This document shows positions 60,992 through 64,000 of a stretch of 64,000 nt of DNA, piece after piece. The stretch covers positions 11,654 to 75,653 of the forward strand of contig CACAAB010000001.1 of assembly GCA_902530325.1 (NCBI GenBank). Reading direction: 5' to 3'. Made by a program: the position numbers and the translations under genes. The notes beneath the pieces are model-generated. The model saw only the letters and a program-made list of their open reading frames with translations. It was not told the origin of the DNA and made no database searches. This stretch comes from an uncultured SAR116 cluster alpha proteobacterium (GTDB taxonomy: Bacteria; Pseudomonadota; Alphaproteobacteria; Puniceispirillales; Marisalimonadaceae). Position 1 is the stretch's first letter. The number at the start of each line of letters is the position of its first letter.

Positions 60992-61049
60992 AAACAACTC
61001 AATATGAAAATCAGAATTACTTTATATTGTTAATAAATATTAATAACAA

Positions 61050-61080
61050 CAAAAAAATAGAGACACTTAGGTCTCTATTT
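61050..61080 (-). terminator. Rho-independent terminator
   Basis: AAATAGAGAC-ACTTAG-GTCTCTATTT stem; a 7-U tract on the minus strand. Confidence 0.8.
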
Positions 61081-61110
61081 AAATAAGGAGGAATATATAA
61101 TAATTACTTT
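61050..61110 (-). ncRNA. Candidate anti-Shine-Dalgarno small RNA (or 3'UTR-derived RNA)
   Basis: Minus strand reads ...UAUAUUCCUCCUUAUUU directly before the terminator. The plus-strand AAGGAGG has no start codon after it. Confidence 0.4.
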
Positions 61111-61146
61111 GTAAATTAATAAACGACTAAATAAAAAAAAGTTTAG

Positions 61147-62067
61147 TTATTTTTTTAAATGGTTTTGTAATTCCAGTATTTTGGTTATATGCAAATCAGC
61201 TTCATCTAACTGAAATTGATCGAAATTTTTAATTGGTTCTCGACAGATACTGGTACTAAAAATTCCTTCTTCAACTCTTAACATCTTTGAAAATTTAATT
61301 GATATATCTATGTGTTGGTGAGTAAAAGATAAAATTGGTAAAATCTGAGAAAACAATCTTCTAGAGTCTTCTATTTTATTTTCTAAATATAATTCATAGA
61401 TTTTGTTATAGATAACCTCCATAGTTGAAGGAATTAGGGCATGTACCCCTCTATTCAAAGCTTCAATCATACCCATAATTGCCCAACCACCACTCAGATG
61501 TAACTGGTTGTTAGTAATATTGAAAACTCTTGTATATTTTGGACCGGAATTAAGAACTTCAATTTTCAAACTTTTAAATTTGTTAACGTTTTTATTTAAT
61601 AAAATTATATCTTCATCACTCATTCCATAACCTGTCCATGATAAATCTTGTATCATAAGATTATCAGGCCCAACTTCAGCGATTTCATGAAAAGATTGCA
61701 CTAATTCATCACCAAAAATATTCTCAGGTGCTTGACATAATATCCAATCAGCCCCTAATTCTTTTGCATTTTTGGATAAATCAATTCTCTCAATTTGATT
61801 TTTTGCCGTGCAACTTATAATGATTGGAACTCTATTATTGTTATAAGTTACACATTCATTTAATAGAATGTTTTTTTCATCAAAAGATAGACTTCCATTT
61901 TCTCCTGCAACTGCTCCTACAAGCATACCAGCACATCCAGATTCTACAGTATGATCAATCAGTTTCCTTAAGCTAACTATATCAATTTCATTTTTTTTAT
62001 TAAAGGGTGTGTGCAAACTAGGAATAATTCCTAGCATTTTAGAAATATCTTTTTTTTCTCTAGCCAA
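61147..62067 (-). CDS. DapA/NanA-family class I aldolase/lyase
   Basis: 'GIIPSLHTPF', 'ID..SL', 'GE..SL...E', Schiff-base Lys in 'LKIE'. Confidence 0.82.
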   Translation of the reverse strand: MAREKKDISKMLGIIPSLHTPFNKKNEIDIVSLRKLIDHTVESGCAGMLVGAVAGENGSLSFDEKNILLNECVTYNNNRVPIIISCTAKNQIERIDLSKNAKELGADWILCQAPENIFGDELVQSFHEIAEVGPDNLMIQDLSWTGYGMSDEDIILLNKNVNKFKSLKIEVLNSGPKYTRVFNITNNQLHLSGGWAIMGMIEALNRGVHALIPSTMEVIYNKIYELYLENKIEDSRRLFSQILPILSFTHQHIDISIKFSKMLRVEEGIFSTSICREPIKNFDQFQLDEADLHITKILELQNHLKK

Positions 62068-62407
62068 TTAATGTACCATTTTCAAGTTTAATATCTGGCC
62101 GAAGTAAATAAACATCTTCACCTGAGATTGCACCAAGTATAAGAACTTCAGAAGTAAAACCAGCAATTTTTTTGGAAGGTAAGTTGCAAACAGCCACAAC
62201 TTGTCTTTTAACTAGTTCTTCTAATGAATAATTAGTAATCTGAGCTGAAGTTTGTTTTACCCCAATGACTTTCCCAAAATCAATTTTTAAAATATATGCA
62301 GGTTTTTTTGCTTTTACATTCTGGGAGGCTTCTAAAATCGTTCCTAAAACAAGATTTAACTTTGTAAAGTCATTGATAGATATTTGTTCTTTGTTTATTT
62401 TATCCAT
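62060..62407 (-). CDS. csaA: tRNA-binding / secretion chaperone CsaA
   Basis: 'DF.KL....G.I', 'KPAY.L.IDFG', 'SAQIT', 'N...K.IAGF.SEVL.LG'. Confidence 0.85.
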   Translation of the reverse strand: MDKINKEQISINDFTKLNLVLGTILEASQNVKAKKPAYILKIDFGKVIGVKQTSAQITNYSLEELVKRQVVAVCNLPSKKIAGFTSEVLILGAISGEDVYLLRPDIKLENGTLIG

Positions 62408-62439
62408 GATTTTTATTTAACTAAACTTATCTTTTCAAT

Positions 62440-62808
62440 TTAATTTTTTTGGTCGTTATTCCCAATACATTTTAAAATTTTATTTTTTGTAAATATTTCA
62501 TTATAGTTATCATTTATAGATCTTAAATTAGCATTGAATGCCAATGATTTATTTTTAATTATAAATACGTAATTAAGTATTGGATTTTCTTCTGCCGAAA
62601 CCTTACTAATAGCCATTAATGCAATTTCAGAATTTTCTACTATCTTATATATTAACGGTTCTCCGTTTTGATCTTCATATTTCACAGAATCACCATCTAT
62701 AGTCATTTTTGAAAAGTCGCCATGTTTTTTGTCTATGCATGAGTATTCAAGAGCATAACTATTATGCGAGGCGAACAGTAAAAAAATTATATAATAAAAA
62801 ATTTTCAT
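62440..62808 (-). CDS. Hypothetical secreted protein
   Basis: Signal peptide ending 'SYA/LEY'; two Cys near the mature termini. Confidence 0.6.
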   Translation of the reverse strand: MKIFYYIIFLLFASHNSYALEYSCIDKKHGDFSKMTIDGDSVKYEDQNGEPLIYKIVENSEIALMAISKVSAEENPILNYVFIIKNKSLAFNANLRSINDNYNEIFTKNKILKCIGNNDQKN

Positions 62809-62906
62809 TAGACTTCCATATTGAAACTGTATTAATACAAAATATTTTAAATTATTAAAAAATATCCTATTATATTTTTAAGTAAATTTACAAAAATTTA
62901 AAAACA

Positions 62907-63044
62907 ATGAATAGAAAAAATTTATTATTATTTGTCTTTTGGGGATTAGCTTTTATAGTAATTACTTGGTCACTACCTTTTTTAGCTAGAGAAAACCAGA
63001 TTTTCAATAATATCTTATCCTACTGTATGTCAATCATAAAATGA
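62907..63044 (+). CDS. Putative 45-aa single-TM membrane protein
   Basis: Manual translation MNRKNLLLFVFWGLAFIVITWSLPFLARENQIFNNILSYCMSIIK; below the ORF-track cutoff. Confidence 0.5.
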   Translation: MNRKNLLLFVFWGLAFIVITWSLPFLARENQIFNNILSYCMSIIK

Positions 63045-63100
63045 CAAACTTCTATAAAAATGTATAAATATTTATTTTAAAATTATAAAATTGATTCCTA

Positions 63101-63709
63101 ATGAATTTAGCAAAAAAAAAATTAATTCTACTTTCATCAATAATTACTTCTTTTGTCATTATTTTAATTATTACTTTTGTTTTTGCAGAATATCTATCAC
63201 GTAAAAATGCTCCAGAAAAATTATCAGAAATTATCAGTAAAGTTAATTTAATTGATCATAATGGACAAGCTTTTAAAAGTACTACACTTAAAAATAAACC
63301 TTCTTTATTATTTTTTGGATTCACTAATTGCCCAGAGATTTGCCCTACAACACTTGCCGATTTGTCACAAATTACAAAAGAAGTCACATTGAACGATGAT
63401 TCAATAAATATAATTTTTGTAACTTTAGATCCAAAAAGAGATAATAAGGAGCATCTTAAAGATTATATTCAATATTTTGATGGTAATATTATTGGTGTAA
63501 CAGGTAATAAAATTGAAATAAAAGAATTTGCAGATAATTGGGGAGTATTTTATGAAACTATCAAAACTACAAATAGTAATTATACTCTTAACCATACGAC
63601 AACCGTATTCATGATTGATGCCTTAGGTAATTTTAGAGGAACAATATCCTGGGGTGAAAATGAATCTTCTATAATTCAAAAAATTAATAATTTAAGAATA
63701 CTTAATTAA
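63101..63709 (+). CDS. SCO1/SenC copper chaperone
   Basis: N-terminal TM anchor, 'FFGFTNCPEICPTTL' (CxxxC), 'TLDP.RD', conserved His in 'YTLNH'. Confidence 0.93.
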   Translation: MNLAKKKLILLSSIITSFVIILIITFVFAEYLSRKNAPEKLSEIISKVNLIDHNGQAFKSTTLKNKPSLLFFGFTNCPEICPTTLADLSQITKEVTLNDDSINIIFVTLDPKRDNKEHLKDYIQYFDGNIIGVTGNKIEIKEFADNWGVFYETIKTTNSNYTLNHTTTVFMIDALGNFRGTISWGENESSIIQKINNLRILN

Positions 63710-64000
63710 CAATATATCCAAAACTAATCAATTTATCCTTTACCTTCTTTGAAGATAAAAATTTTAAGAATATTTTTGCCTCTGGTTTTTTTTCTCCATA
63801 TCGTAATAAAATTGCATCTTGATTTATAGGTGAGTAAAACTCCTGAGGTATGTCCCAAACTTTTCCTTTTTTATTTTTAATAATATAATCAGATTTTGCT
63901 ATGAAACCTATGTCTAAATTTCCATAATAATTCATTAGAAAAACTTGATTGACATTTTTACTTAAGATAATTTTTTTCTCTAATCTGTTAAAAACTTTGA
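63702..64000 (-). CDS. modA: Molybdate ABC transporter substrate-binding protein, C-terminal part
   Basis: 'KNVNQV...GNLDIGFIAKS', 'YSPINQDAILL', 'FLKFLSS', 'FGY'; the frame stays open to the window end. Confidence 0.78.
   Translation of the reverse strand, partial: KVFNRLEKKIILSKNVNQVFLMNYYGNLDIGFIAKSDYIIKNKKGKVWDIPQEFYSPINQDAILLRYGEKKPEAKIFLKFLSSKKVKDKLISFGYIVN

Noticed and set aside
62828-62839. Palindrome TGTATTAATACA
   Set aside because: Short and AT-rich, with no regulator or second copy seen to support it.

Overview
AT-rich (about 30% GC by eye), densely coding 64 kb chromosomal segment. It most plausibly comes from a streamlined marine alphaproteobacterium (inference from the priA/tal/xerC arrangement, an Irr-type Fur protein, TRAP/TTT transporters and very short spacers). 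The left end is housekeeping and oxidative stress: priA (partial), tal, xerC, katG and irr, with an ICE-like box before katG and a Fur-like box before irr. Most of the window is organic-acid and aromatic catabolism. It includes an itaconate/methylsuccinate-like CoA cluster with a TRAP transporter (about 24.1-37.2 kb) carrying both RipB-type and HTD2/Meh-type hydratases. It also has an orphan enolase-TauD-TTT-PrpD operon (45.0-51.4 kb), pobA-pcaHG, frmA-fghA, two flavin monooxygenases, two amidases, four class III CoA-transferases and three MmgE/PrpD paralogs. Apart from irr there is no recognisable transcription factor. Non-coding signals include two candidate small RNAs: a sigma54-promoter-driven hairpin at 58.45-58.54 kb, and an anti-Shine-Dalgarno plus terminator element at 61.05-61.11 kb. 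There is also a 21-bp tandem duplication, a frameshifted EamA gene and two unannotated small membrane ORFs. No rRNA, tRNA, CRISPR array or transposase was seen. All product calls come from motif recognition, not database searches.
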